A stretch of 64,000 bases of DNA from Acidobacteriota bacterium (lineage in GTDB: Bacteria > Acidobacteriota > Terriglobia > 2-12-FULL-54-10), in assembly GCA_016199675.1 (NCBI GenBank), contig JACQGE010000126.1, positions 1,527-65,526 of the forward strand. Reading direction: 5' to 3'. Positions 17,226 through 26,918 of this stretch are shown here, in pieces. The notes below the pieces were generated by a model. The model was not told the origin of the DNA, did no database searches, and was given only the letters and a program-made list of their open reading frames with translations. Position 1 is the first letter of the stretch; every line of letters begins with the position of its first letter. The translations under genes were made by a program, and so were the position numbers.

Positions 17226-17410
17226 TCATTTTCAGGTTCGGTGCATGGCGCCTGATCTGGGATGACCAAGCGAACGTTTTATTTCGCCGTTGGTAGCGAC
17301 GAGGAAAAAACTCGTTGTGGCTACCCGCACTGCCCCAGATACACGAAATCGAAAATGCTTTGGCCAGATTCCGTGCTGAACGGGATGCTATTTGGTAAGT
17401 TGGTGCGGAC

Positions 17411-17971
17411 TTAACGGGGCTTGGGAAGTTTGCTCAGCAGGGCTTGTGGTTCCTTCCCCTTGTGATCCCCTAGTAACCACTCCACGCGCTGAAAGACATC
17501 TTTCTTCTTTGCTTCGCCCAAAATGCGGTAAATAATTCGTCCTTCCGGGTCTAAGAACACCGTTGATGGAAGCGCGTCTCCGAGTCCGAATAACTCTAAA
17601 TTGTCAACGGTGGCATCCACGAGCACCGGGAATGCGATCTTGCGCTTCTGGATGAATTGCGGGATCGCCCCTTTGGTCTCTGCCGCGTCCAGAGAGACGG
17701 CCAGGATGGCTACACCCCGCGCTCCATAGCGGCGGTTCGCCTCGACGAAAATCGGCATTTCGGCAGCGCATGGTGCGCACCAGGTCGCCCAGAAATTGAG
17801 GACCACGACCTTGCCACGAAACTCTTCCAGGCGGTGTAACTGTCCCTGCTGGTCCGGGAGTTCGAAAGTGGGCGCGGGGTCTTGCGCCCAACTGGACCGC
17901 AGGAAAGCGGTTTCAAGCAGGATCGCCAGAAGCCCAACCGCCACAGCCGATTTGAGGGGGAGCTTTCGCAT
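17411..17971 (-). CDS. TlpA/ResA-like periplasmic thiol:disulfide oxidoreductase (thioredoxin fold)
   Basis: A signal peptide (MRKLPLKSAVAVGLLAILL) is followed by VVLNFWATWCAPCAAEMP, a WCxxC active site. The start was chosen at MRKLP. The longer upstream extension overlaps the pseudogene. Confidence 0.8.
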   Translation of the reverse strand: MRKLPLKSAVAVGLLAILLETAFLRSSWAQDPAPTFELPDQQGQLHRLEEFRGKVVVLNFWATWCAPCAAEMPIFVEANRRYGARGVAILAVSLDAAETKGAIPQFIQKRKIAFPVLVDATVDNLELFGLGDALPSTVFLDPEGRIIYRILGEAKKKDVFQRVEWLLGDHKGKEPQALLSKLPKPR

Positions 17972-17990
17972 AGCCTGCCACACCGCCAAT

Positions 17991-18683
17991 TTAGAACGCC
18001 CTCGAAAAACCGAACATGAGGAGCCAGTCAGCAAACGCCGCATCGCCATGTCCTCCGGAGCGGACGTCCGGGACACTCCGGGTGCGGTTCCGATAGACCG
18101 CAATGGGGGCGCTGACCGACCATGTGCTTTGGCCACGTGAATACATCACGCCCGGCCCGAGGGTGAAAGCATAGCCGGGACGCCGGAACCCATCCTCTCG
18201 GCCGATGATGTCGCGCGCCGGAACACCCTCCATCCGCGCCGTTCCCGTGAACGCAAGCCCGTATGGGTCACCGTTTCAGCGCGATGATTGACTCGATCCA
18301 CGACAATGAACGGAGCACCGACATTCAAACTCCAACGCGGCGAAACGCGGTAACTCAGCGCAACATCGAACAGGTGCAGCTTATTTTCCATCTGCGTGTC
18401 TAGTTCCACGCGCTGTTTCTGCTCCACGTCGCCCCGAAAGTGGGTGTTGGAGTCCTGCCAGCGGTAGCCCATCGAGAATTGCCAGCGAGATGCAGTGGAA
18501 AGCGTGGTCGTTACGCTGGGTCCACCTACTGCCTGTTCCCCATCATGTCCAGCTTGGCATATGGCGCCAATCACGGGCGCCCCTGTGCGTGCAGCCACTC
18601 AACCCTGCGCGTTCAGGCGAGGGACTTGCAGAAAAACAGCCAATACGAAGACAGATATTGCCCATTGTCTCATGCGCCTCATG
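17991..18683 (-). pseudogene. Disrupted outer-membrane beta-barrel protein gene, with frameshifts and a premature stop
   Basis: The minus-strand ATG at 18683 gives the signal peptide MRRMRQWAISVFVLAVFLQVPRLNAQG followed immediately by a stop. Downstream, beta-strand-like segments continue in two other frames (…SYRVSPRWSLNVGAPFIVVD… and …GYAFTLGPGVMYSRGQSTWSVSAPIAVYRNRTRSV…). They end in a C-terminal Phe (…LLMFGFSRAF), which is typical of OMPs. Confidence 0.45.
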
Positions 18684-19230
18684 ATCTTGACCTCCTCAGA
18701 ACCACCCGTCCGATATCCCGCCAGGATTTCGAAGTAGGATACTCGGTTAAGGAGCATATTGTTTGATTGTTTTCTTTGTCAAGTAAAAAAATAAGACGCT
18801 CTTTTATTTGACAAAGATATATCCGGGAGTCTGGCAGGACAACGTGCTTTAGCAGCGATCCCTTTGCTTGACATGTCGTTGTCAGCGAGATTCAATGAGT
18901 CTTGATCTAAAGTGATACGACCATTTCAGTAGCGGCGGCAGGTGTAATCTTGCGCACAACGAGCAAAACCGAGAAGAATTGGGCTGCGGTGCGTTATGTG
19001 GCGAGTTGGAACGTGCTAAAGCGAAGCTTGCTCATTGCAGCGGTGGTGGGCTGCCTGCTTACGGTAGCCAATCAATACGATGTGATCCTGCACGAGCCAT
19101 TCAATGCCCGGCTGGGGGCGCAAAAATCTTCCTGAATTTTGTTATTCCCTTCCTGGTCTCCTCGGTCAGCGCCGTGGTCAACCGGACCGGCTCGTGATGG
19201 CGGCAGACCGCGATTGAGAGGCGATCAAAC

Positions 19231-21030
19231 CTACGGCTGGGATCGCTCGGAAGACGAGCGCGTTTTCAAGCGGTCGTAACTGGCCAGAATCGCAGGCAAG
19301 TGCTCCTCAGCCGCTCTGCGGCCGCAGTCGATAATCTCCTGGCTGCGGGAGAACTGAAGCATCGTGATATCACCGAGGGCCGGTGTAAAGACCACGTCAG
19401 CGCTTTGCTCGGCTCGAGCCTGGCCGATTTCATGTCCCATGACAAACATGCAGCGGGTCATGATATCGAAGGCGTTAAACGGATAGCGAGCGTTGATCTC
19501 TTGGGATTCGAGGGCGGCCATCGCATTGATCCCGATGGCGAAGTGACAGCCCATGCGGCGAACCAAGCGAACAGGGACGGGATCCATGATACCAGCGTCC
19601 ACCAAAAGATGGGAGTTGCTGGTGAAAGGGGAGATGAGACCGGGCAAAGCGATGGAGGCCCGCACACAGTCCACCAGAGAGCCTGATTGAATCGTGAATT
19701 CCTTGCCGGTCTTGATATCTACGGCATTGGCCCAATAAGGGATCTCGGTCTGGTTGACGGAGCGATCACCAAAATACTGCCGAAAGGTCGCGCGAACTCT
19801 CCTTTCATTAAGCAGAGACATGCGCCAAAGCCGCCATTCGATAAAGCGCCGGGTGCGCGTCTTCCAGTAGTTGGCAATCTCCTCTAATTGTGTCCCGGTG
19901 ACCCCCGCGCAGCGCAGCGCGCCAATGACGCTCCCCATCGAACAGCCGGAGACCATGTCAATCGGCAACCCCGCCCCTTCCAGAACCGAAAGCACGCCAA
20001 TGTGGGCCCAACCCCAGGCCGCACCTCCCCCCAAGGCCAGACCCACTTGCAGTCCGGCGATGCAACGAGCCATGGAATCCACGGTGCGGCGGAAGCGGGG
20101 GGAAACCGGACGGCCCGCGCGATAGGCAGACTCCGATTCCGAAACCTCAGAAACCAACTGCTGGCATCCGCTGAGCGTGGGCAGTGTGGGGCTTACCGCG
20201 TTTTGTAGCACAAAGCGGAAAGGGCCCGTCTCCGAGGGAATGGGGTCGCCGGGACCCAACAAGTCGCCCTGCCAGTTGACCAACGGTTCGGCAATTTCCG
20301 CCAGGGCCATTCCATCCGGGCCTACGGGGTTCAGAATCACGTTTTCAAATTTGCTCTTCCAGACGGACAACCGCTGCGCAATTTGAGATCGGCAATTGGA
20401 ATCGCGAACCTGCGCGGGGACATCGCAGGAGCTGGTTCGGTCATCGAACGACCTTATTCCCCCTTCTTCGTCCGCGCCCAGGTTTGCCAAGAGCGTTTCC
20501 CGCCCAGTCTGGCGGGCGAGAGAGCTAGCCAATTCGGCGGCGAAACTGTGGGGCGCTTCCCAGTGCGGATGATTCCGCAACAGCACGACCGGCAACTCCG
20601 CGGTCTTGGCGCCCTGCGTGACCGTCTGTTGCAATCTTCCGGCAATCACAGCCATCAGGGAACGCAGGATGCCTTCCCTCTGCTTCGGCAGCTTTGCCAT
20701 GGCTTCCTTGGGGAGCAGCAGGACTTCGGCGTCCACATCCACCTCGACATCACAGACGCAAGCGCGGCCCGTGATGAAGGACAGTTCTCCGAAAATATCG
20801 GGAGGTTGCAGATACGCCACGGTTTCGCGGGAGTCTCCTCTGCGGATCCGGGCCGCAAGCCTCCCAGAACGGATGAAATAAACGGCCTGGCTATGTCCCC
20901 CCTGGTGGAGGATGATCGTGCCGGCTGGATGCGATTCGCAGCGGAACAGCGGCGCAATTTCTTCGATCTGCTCCGGAGGCAGGCTCTGAAAAATGGGAGA
21001 TGATGCCAGGAAGGTTACAGTGTCATCCAT
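19231..21030 (-). CDS. Cyclic-nucleotide-binding domain / patatin-like phospholipase fusion protein (NTE/RssA-like)
   Basis: The N-terminal cNMP-binding fold contains FGELSF. The central region has GLALGGGAAWGWAHIGVL (oxyanion GGG) and GCSMGS (the GxSxG nucleophile elbow). A later D in DAGIMD completes the patatin Ser-Asp dyad. Confidence 0.8.
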   Translation of the reverse strand: MDDTVTFLASSPIFQSLPPEQIEEIAPLFRCESHPAGTIILHQGGHSQAVYFIRSGRLAARIRRGDSRETVAYLQPPDIFGELSFITGRACVCDVEVDVDAEVLLLPKEAMAKLPKQREGILRSLMAVIAGRLQQTVTQGAKTAELPVVLLRNHPHWEAPHSFAAELASSLARQTGRETLLANLGADEEGGIRSFDDRTSSCDVPAQVRDSNCRSQIAQRLSVWKSKFENVILNPVGPDGMALAEIAEPLVNWQGDLLGPGDPIPSETGPFRFVLQNAVSPTLPTLSGCQQLVSEVSESESAYRAGRPVSPRFRRTVDSMARCIAGLQVGLALGGGAAWGWAHIGVLSVLEGAGLPIDMVSGCSMGSVIGALRCAGVTGTQLEEIANYWKTRTRRFIEWRLWRMSLLNERRVRATFRQYFGDRSVNQTEIPYWANAVDIKTGKEFTIQSGSLVDCVRASIALPGLISPFTSNSHLLVDAGIMDPVPVRLVRRMGCHFAIGINAMAALESQEINARYPFNAFDIMTRCMFVMGHEIGQARAEQSADVVFTPALGDITMLQFSRSQEIIDCGRRAAEEHLPAILASYDRLKTRSSSERSQP

Positions 21031-21104
21031 GAAACGCCAGGGGAAACGATATGCCCCTTCTCCATATGATAAAGAATCTCGGAACGCAACTTGTGACCCA
21101 AGTT

Positions 21105-22229
21105 CTAGCGAGTGGCACGCGATTCAGATTCAGCTTTTTTCAAACGCTCTATCAGGGCGGACAGGTCCTGGTAGTGAAAGACCTCTCCGATACGCCTATG
21201 GTCCTTAATTACAGGGCCGAGATGTTGTAACGCCTGTTTGCACGGCATCTGCACCAAGCGCTCCCAGAGCGCAGCTATTTTTTGATCCACGGCAGCGGGC
21301 TTGTATTGATAAAACCTCACAATGTGTGGATCGTCGGGCGTCGTGTCGTACCGCATGATGACGGATGACATCACGCCATTGGAAAAAGCGTCGTCTTCGG
21401 AAAACTCTTGACCGTGGTATTGCAGCAATGTCTCCATAATCACCGGGAAGCGCATATTCACGAGGGTGACAGCCCAGGCAAAACCGGCTACCATGTTGCG
21501 GCGTCCAAGATCGTGGGGCGCTTCCAACCGACACATTTGTACGGCCCTCCACGGGGAGCGGTATCCGGGAATAAAGTTGGGCGGCGAAAAATAGACGGCG
21601 CGCCCTGCCCCATGCCATAGATAACCGACCAAGGTCTGATCCAAAGCCGCCAACTGCTCGTCAATCACGCGGACCATCGAAAGGCCATGAAGAAATCGCG
21701 CCGTTAGCCCGAGCGACTCAATCGCTGCGCCGAAGTAACCTTCCTGAGAGGAATCCTTGCAAAGAGCCACGATGTTTTCAACAGCTTTTCGAACAGCCGA
21801 AGCCGGGCTTTGCGGGTTCAGCCCCTGCAAGTTCCGTTTGGCGAAAGACATGCCAATCCCCGCGTGCAGCATTAGCAGGCTGCTCGAGGGAAGGGCGAAG
21901 AGTTTTGGGTCGGTCAACACATTCTTGGGAATTTCGCCACGTTCGTAGAAGGAGTCCGCATAGTAATGTCCGAGGCCCTCAATAGCCCAAAGGGCAGGAA
22001 AACTGCCCAGGGCGTAGCACTTTGGGACCAGTTCCGTCAAGGAGACGCCGCTCCCGGGCGGAGGGAGAATCGAGCTGACATGGGCGACGAGCTGGATAAT
22101 CTCCGCATTATTCTTGGCATTCCGCCAAGCGATGCGGCTGTCTCTACCAGGGATGAAGAGCGAAATGACCCTGGTAACAGGAGGCAATAGACGACTCGCA
22201 AAAGCCATGAGATTGGGATTGGGTTCCAT
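21105..22229 (-). CDS. Conserved hypothetical protein
   Basis: This is a long ORF with strong codon usage and no signal peptide. It lies 74 nt upstream of the patatin gene on the same strand. I could assign no family with confidence. Confidence 0.5.
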   Translation of the reverse strand: MEPNPNLMAFASRLLPPVTRVISLFIPGRDSRIAWRNAKNNAEIIQLVAHVSSILPPPGSGVSLTELVPKCYALGSFPALWAIEGLGHYYADSFYERGEIPKNVLTDPKLFALPSSSLLMLHAGIGMSFAKRNLQGLNPQSPASAVRKAVENIVALCKDSSQEGYFGAAIESLGLTARFLHGLSMVRVIDEQLAALDQTLVGYLWHGAGRAVYFSPPNFIPGYRSPWRAVQMCRLEAPHDLGRRNMVAGFAWAVTLVNMRFPVIMETLLQYHGQEFSEDDAFSNGVMSSVIMRYDTTPDDPHIVRFYQYKPAAVDQKIAALWERLVQMPCKQALQHLGPVIKDHRRIGEVFHYQDLSALIERLKKAESESRATR

Positions 22230-22473
22230 AACGCCCCCTATTTCAATGGAGCACTTTCGAGATTCGCAGAGTGCTTTCAGGCATCGTAATTATGATCCGC
22301 TATGCATTTGCAGGGGATCAGAGGGAGTTTGGAATCAACGCGGAAACGAAGTCTTCTCCTCAGACGCCCCCCGCCTCGTTCAACAGGAAGAATCTTAACA
22401 GGAAACCAGGACATTGACGAGTGATCAGAATGGGTGACATCGAAATTGGGATATCGAGGAGCCCGATTCGGCC

Positions 22474-23115
22474 TCAGGAAGCCGGAAACTCTGAGTTTTT
22501 TTTAATTCGCTCGATTTGTATGCCATGCCGAAAGTCATGATTGGCCAGGAATTCCAGGGTTCCGTAAATGTCGTAGGTTCCTATCAGGGGATGCGTCCAA
22601 CGAAAACAAGACAGATCCCAACCGCGAACTGGTTCCAATAGCTGAAGGGTTGCATCCCGAACCTGATGCAGATTATCGAGCAGTTCGGCCCGGAGAATTC
22701 CCGCCCGAGGCTCGACTGCCGGGGCTGTCCGGACTTTGACGACAGGATTTGCCAGGAAAAACGAACGCAGCGCCGAAGGCATGAAGCTAGTCATGATCGA
22801 GAAGGGGACCTGGAAGGGCGCCAACCGCAATAGAAAGCCGGGAAACATCCGTGGTGCCACAGGAAGTTCTCGATACGAAATTCGCCGAGTAGCGCCTTGC
22901 TCCTCCCGACCGGCCAGCAGCAGTGCCTGCAGATTCTCTTGGACTACCTTTTCGGTAAGACTCACGTGATGAGCTGTCTCGCCGACAGACCAGGAGTCTT
23001 GAGAAGGCTTAAAGTCCAGTTGGTCTTGCGAGAGGCTGTCAAACCGGGACAAAAAGGCAGCGCGTTCCTGCTGGATTCGGTTCAGAGCCCGGTCAAATTT
23101 TTCTTCATTCGTCAT
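22474..23115 (-). CDS. DinB/YfiT-like (DinB_2) metal-dependent hydrolase-fold protein
   Basis: WSVGETAHHV...HDFRHGIQIERIKK carries the His-containing motifs of the DinB superfamily. The start was set at MTNEEKF. Confidence 0.65.
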   Translation of the reverse strand: MTNEEKFDRALNRIQQERAAFLSRFDSLSQDQLDFKPSQDSWSVGETAHHVSLTEKVVQENLQALLLAGREEQGATRRISYRELPVAPRMFPGFLLRLAPFQVPFSIMTSFMPSALRSFFLANPVVKVRTAPAVEPRAGILRAELLDNLHQVRDATLQLLEPVRGWDLSCFRWTHPLIGTYDIYGTLEFLANHDFRHGIQIERIKKNSEFPAS

Positions 23116-23234
23116 GAAACGATGTCTATGTTCTGTGAGGACCCCTCTATTCACGGACTTCCATTCTGTATTGGAATGCCGATGTCCATGCGTTATGATA
23201 TTAACCTTAATAACGGAAGTAACCGTCAGGAGAT

Positions 23235-24299
23235 TTGAACGTGCGCGACACAGAGCTGATTCGTAAACTCGATTTTTTTCAACCCCTCGAAGACAAAATT
23301 ATCAAGAAGATCGCCAAGATGTGCATCGTGCGCGAATTCGCGGCGGGTGATTACATCATCAAGCGGGGGGAGTCAGGCCTGGGGCTCTATTTCATCATGC
23401 AGGGCCGCGCTAAAGTGGAGATTGACCGCGACGGCATCAAGGCCGCCGTCGCCGAATTAAGGGACGGGGATTTCCTGGGCGAGATTTCCATGATTGATGA
23501 CAAGGAGCGTTCCGCTGACGTCATCTGTTTGGAAGACACGAATTGCATGTTGCTCACCCGCGACAGTTTTACCAAACTTCTGAATAAATACCCTCAAATT
23601 GCATTACAGATTGCCAAATCTCTCGTCTCCCGGATTCGCGCGACAAACGAAAGAGTCGTTCCTGTTGCTGCGCCGCCTTTGACGGAAGTTGCGCCCGGTC
23701 CCGCTTCGGTACAGACAACCGGACCAGTTGCCGCTGGCAATGGGTCGTCCGGTTCTGGTTTCCAGCTCATCCACACCTACACTTCGACCAAGAATAAGGC
23801 TAGGGATATGCTGGTGGATCTATTCGGTTCCTTTTACCTCATGAAAATGATGACTCGTTTTTCTATGGCCATTATGGGTTGTCCCATCGAGGTCCAGCCA
23901 GAGAGGCAGCACTCGGAATCGCTGCACACTACCATCGAGGGGGTAAAGCTGGCGTTGTTCCCTGCTTCCCAGAGCCAGACTTTACGCATGGAAGCATTCG
24001 ACGACGGGGAATTTTCCGCAACTGTATTCCAACCGGCCCGCCGGGACCATCCCTCAGAAGCTTTGATAGCCGCTTTTAAGGGGCGTGTCTCTAAGAACGA
24101 AGTCCTACGGCTACATGTACGGGAAAACGGAGAGATATTTTTTGAGACTGCTGCGGCACAGAAAGTTCCGCTTTATTCGATACGGCCTCAAAGACTGAAG
24201 CAGTCCCAGGATAGCGCCTCCGTCTTTTTCTCAGAATGCGAATCCGATTCCCACGGGGCCAGTCCCGACGAAAAGTCACAAGAATTGGATCCGCAATGA
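23235..24299 (+). CDS. Cyclic-nucleotide-binding domain protein with no HTH and a long C-terminal extension. First gene of the ABC1K operon.
   Basis: FGEISMIDDKERSADVI is a cNMP-binding phosphate-binding-cassette-like segment. The stop overlaps the ABC1 kinase start (ATGA). Confidence 0.7.
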   Translation: MNVRDTELIRKLDFFQPLEDKIIKKIAKMCIVREFAAGDYIIKRGESGLGLYFIMQGRAKVEIDRDGIKAAVAELRDGDFLGEISMIDDKERSADVICLEDTNCMLLTRDSFTKLLNKYPQIALQIAKSLVSRIRATNERVVPVAAPPLTEVAPGPASVQTTGPVAAGNGSSGSGFQLIHTYTSTKNKARDMLVDLFGSFYLMKMMTRFSMAIMGCPIEVQPERQHSESLHTTIEGVKLALFPASQSQTLRMEAFDDGEFSATVFQPARRDHPSEALIAAFKGRVSKNEVLRLHVRENGEIFFETAAAQKVPLYSIRPQRLKQSQDSASVFFSECESDSHGASPDEKSQELDPQ

Positions 24300-25951
24300 T
24301 GGCCCAACTTCAGTATGTTCAGAGAGCCCTCTATCTTGTGGGGGTCTGCTTCCGTCACCTGCTAGAAATCCTGTGGGAGCGTGCGCGGAGAAGCCCCGGC
24401 GTCCCCGGTCCCCAACGTTTGCGCTCCCTGCTGGAAGAACTGGGCGGCAGCTTCCTCAAGTTTGGTCAAATCCTCTCCTTACAAGTTGATACCCTGCCGC
24501 GAGAATACTGCGATGCACTCTTGAATCTCCTGGATCGAGTTCCCCCTTTCGGCCGGGACGCGGTCAGGAAAGTATTTGTGGAAGAGTTTGGAAAGCCTCC
24601 GGAGGAGTTGTACCGAGAGTTCAATTATCAGACCCTAGCGTCGGCGTCGATCGGTCAGGTGCACCGTGCTGTCCTGAAAGACTCGACCGTGGTCGCCGTC
24701 AAGGTGCAGCGGCCCGAAGTTCAAGAAATCTTCCGGCGGGATGCGGCGCTGTTGCGGCTTTTTGTCCGGGTGGTTTTTGCTCTCAAAATCCGCACTCTCT
24801 ATTTCATGCGCGATCCCGTTCACGAGTTCAATGATTGGCTGGTAGATGAACTGGATTATCGCCGTGAGGCAGCCTATGGGGAAGCGCTGGGCAGGAATGC
24901 CCGGGAAACTCCCACCGAAATCGTACCGCGAATCCACTGGGCCCTGACCACCTCCCGCGTCCTTACCATGGACTTTCTGGAAGGGTACAGCGTGATGGAG
25001 TATCTGCGTCTCGCAGAGAAAGGCAGCGGCGAAGCGCAGAGAAAATTGCAAGGGATTGGATTTGATCCGCCCCTCTTTATCGCCAACGTGGTTAACAATT
25101 TTCTGAGCGACGCTTTTCGATACGGCATCTTCCATGCGGACCTTCATCCAGCCAATTTATTAATTCTGAAGAATAACGTTGTCGGTTATGTCGATTTCGG
25201 CATCGTGGGCCACTTGACACCGGAAGCCCGCCGGAAGCAGATTCAACTGAGCATGGCCTATGCTCGGGGCAAGACGGAGGAAATTTTCTCGGCCTTTCTC
25301 AATGTCTCCACGTTGACCCCGGGAGTCGATCTCGCCGGCTTCCGGCGCGAACTAGAACGGCGAGTCCAACAATGGTATCAGGAACCCGCGGTTGGAGGAG
25401 TGCCGCATTTGCAGCGAAGCTTGACCGTCGCGATGTTCGATCTGCTGGCCCTGTGCCGCAGCTACGGACTGCTAGTGGACCGCGAGATGATCAAGTACAT
25501 CCGTTCTCTGATGCTGGTGGATGGTTTAGTATCGCGTCTCTCGCCAGGGCTGGACCTGACACCCCAAATCCGGAAGGTCTGTGAGGACTTCCTCGCACGA
25601 GAAGCGCAAAATAAGTTATTGTCGCCGGGTGCGGCGCTGAGTTTTCTGGCGGACCTCTGCGGCTGGTTATCCGCCGATCCAGCGCAGATGCTCCGTGCCA
25701 TGGAACGGATCGAGCGGCGGCAGGCCCGTTCGCAGCCCAGGGAGTACCCAGGTTCGGACCTGGGAGAGGAAATACGGACTCGCACCCTGGCTGCGGGCGC
25801 GGTCTGGGTTACTCTGGCGATTGCAGCGCTCTGGAACCGCCAGATGATTTCTTTAGGAGCCCTTCCCTTTTCAGGGTATATTTTTATCGGAACTTGGGGA
25901 GCTTGGACGATATGGCTAGTAAGCCTCTTGCGGCGCTTGGCGAGAACCTAG
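24296..25951 (+). CDS. ABC1/UbiB-family atypical protein kinase (ADCK-like), C-terminal TM helices
   Basis: FLKFGQILSLQVDTLPREY, ASASIGQVHRA, VAVKVQRP and HADLHPANL are ABC1 motifs. There is a C-terminal hydrophobic pair. Confidence 0.85.
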   Translation: MMAQLQYVQRALYLVGVCFRHLLEILWERARRSPGVPGPQRLRSLLEELGGSFLKFGQILSLQVDTLPREYCDALLNLLDRVPPFGRDAVRKVFVEEFGKPPEELYREFNYQTLASASIGQVHRAVLKDSTVVAVKVQRPEVQEIFRRDAALLRLFVRVVFALKIRTLYFMRDPVHEFNDWLVDELDYRREAAYGEALGRNARETPTEIVPRIHWALTTSRVLTMDFLEGYSVMEYLRLAEKGSGEAQRKLQGIGFDPPLFIANVVNNFLSDAFRYGIFHADLHPANLLILKNNVVGYVDFGIVGHLTPEARRKQIQLSMAYARGKTEEIFSAFLNVSTLTPGVDLAGFRRELERRVQQWYQEPAVGGVPHLQRSLTVAMFDLLALCRSYGLLVDREMIKYIRSLMLVDGLVSRLSPGLDLTPQIRKVCEDFLAREAQNKLLSPGAALSFLADLCGWLSADPAQMLRAMERIERRQARSQPREYPGSDLGEEIRTRTLAAGAVWVTLAIAALWNRQMISLGALPFSGYIFIGTWGAWTIWLVSLLRRLART

Positions 25952-26370
25952 GAAACAGTTTGCAGAAGGCGGTCGTTTCCATGGTGCGCTTTTCGAGCGC
26001 ACTCGCTTTATACGGGATGGAAAATATGCAAACGGCTATTTCCTTCCAGAAAGGCGGGGGCTTGCCGAAGGCCGCGGAAAATTTGGAGGCCGTGTTGGAT
26101 TCAATGGCTCAATGTCTCGCAGATCAAATGGAGCAAAACAACCAAGAGGCACTAAAGTCAGCGACGAAGATTGCGGAACAAGTGGTCCAGCAATCGGTCG
26201 AGACCATGACTCTGTTGGATCCGCGACGCATGGTCAAGGTCGCCAATAATCTAGTCCAAAAATCCACCGAGGCAATCTCCCCAAGGCCCGGCAAGCAGGA
26301 AGCGGTCGAGGATCACGACAACGACAAACCCAGGTTGGCCGTGGAGATATTAACCACTTCGAATCCATGA
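25912..26370 (+). CDS. Small all-helical protein (phasin-like or lipid-droplet-coat-like). Paralog A.
   Basis: Ala-, Gln- and Glu-rich, with no Cys and no TM segment. It aligns with the next ORF (…SLQKAVVSMVRFSSALALYGMENMQTAISF… against …NLIASITRFSTAMTLFGVEQMEKTMNAF…). The start overlaps the ABC1K stop by about 40 nt. Confidence 0.5.
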   Translation: MASKPLAALGENLGNSLQKAVVSMVRFSSALALYGMENMQTAISFQKGGGLPKAAENLEAVLDSMAQCLADQMEQNNQEALKSATKIAEQVVQQSVETMTLLDPRRMVKVANNLVQKSTEAISPRPGKQEAVEDHDNDKPRLAVEILTTSNP

Positions 26371-26411
26371 CCATCCTTGTTCAGCACTTCATAGCAGATA
26401 AGGAGAACCCA

Positions 26412-26825
26412 ATGAGTAATTTGATTGCTTCCATCACCCGATTTTCGACGGCGATGACGCTGTTCGGCGTGGAGCAGATGGAAAAGACAATGAACGCGTT
26501 CGGAGGCGGAGCAGAATTCTCCAAGACTGTGGAGGATTTTGAAAAGACTTTGAACTCGCTCACCGATGTCCTGACCGGCAAGATGGACAAGAAAATGAGG
26601 GAAACTCTGCAATCGGTGACGAAGATGACGGAGGATACCGTCAATCGGACGCTGGATGTGATGGAAGTCGCCGACCCGCGCGAGGTGTTGAAAGCTTCCA
26701 CGGACTTGTTGCAGAAAACCTCCGAAACAACATCGGAGTGGGTTTCTAGAACAGCTTCGGCCGTCGAGAAGGCTACGACGGGCGCCGCCAAGTCCAAGGA
26801 TGCGGAACACGCCAAAACCCATTAA
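26412..26825 (+). CDS. Small all-helical protein, paralog B of 25912..26370
   Basis: See the preceding feature. The ATG at 26412 has a perfect AAGGAG RBS. Confidence 0.55.
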   Translation: MSNLIASITRFSTAMTLFGVEQMEKTMNAFGGGAEFSKTVEDFEKTLNSLTDVLTGKMDKKMRETLQSVTKMTEDTVNRTLDVMEVADPREVLKASTDLLQKTSETTSEWVSRTASAVEKATTGAAKSKDAEHAKTH

Positions 26826-26918
26826 ATCCAGCACGCAAAAGGGCCCCAAATCGGTGGCCTTGGCCCCTAGACAAGTTCGGAGATTTAGGGGAGCGGAGTT
26901 GCAGGAGGAACTATTCCG

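Noticed and set aside
21105-22229. Assigning the 374-aa hypothetical protein to an enediyne-associated family (UnbL/DUF1702-like)
   Set aside because: This was only a vague recollection with no verifiable motif, so I left it as hypothetical.
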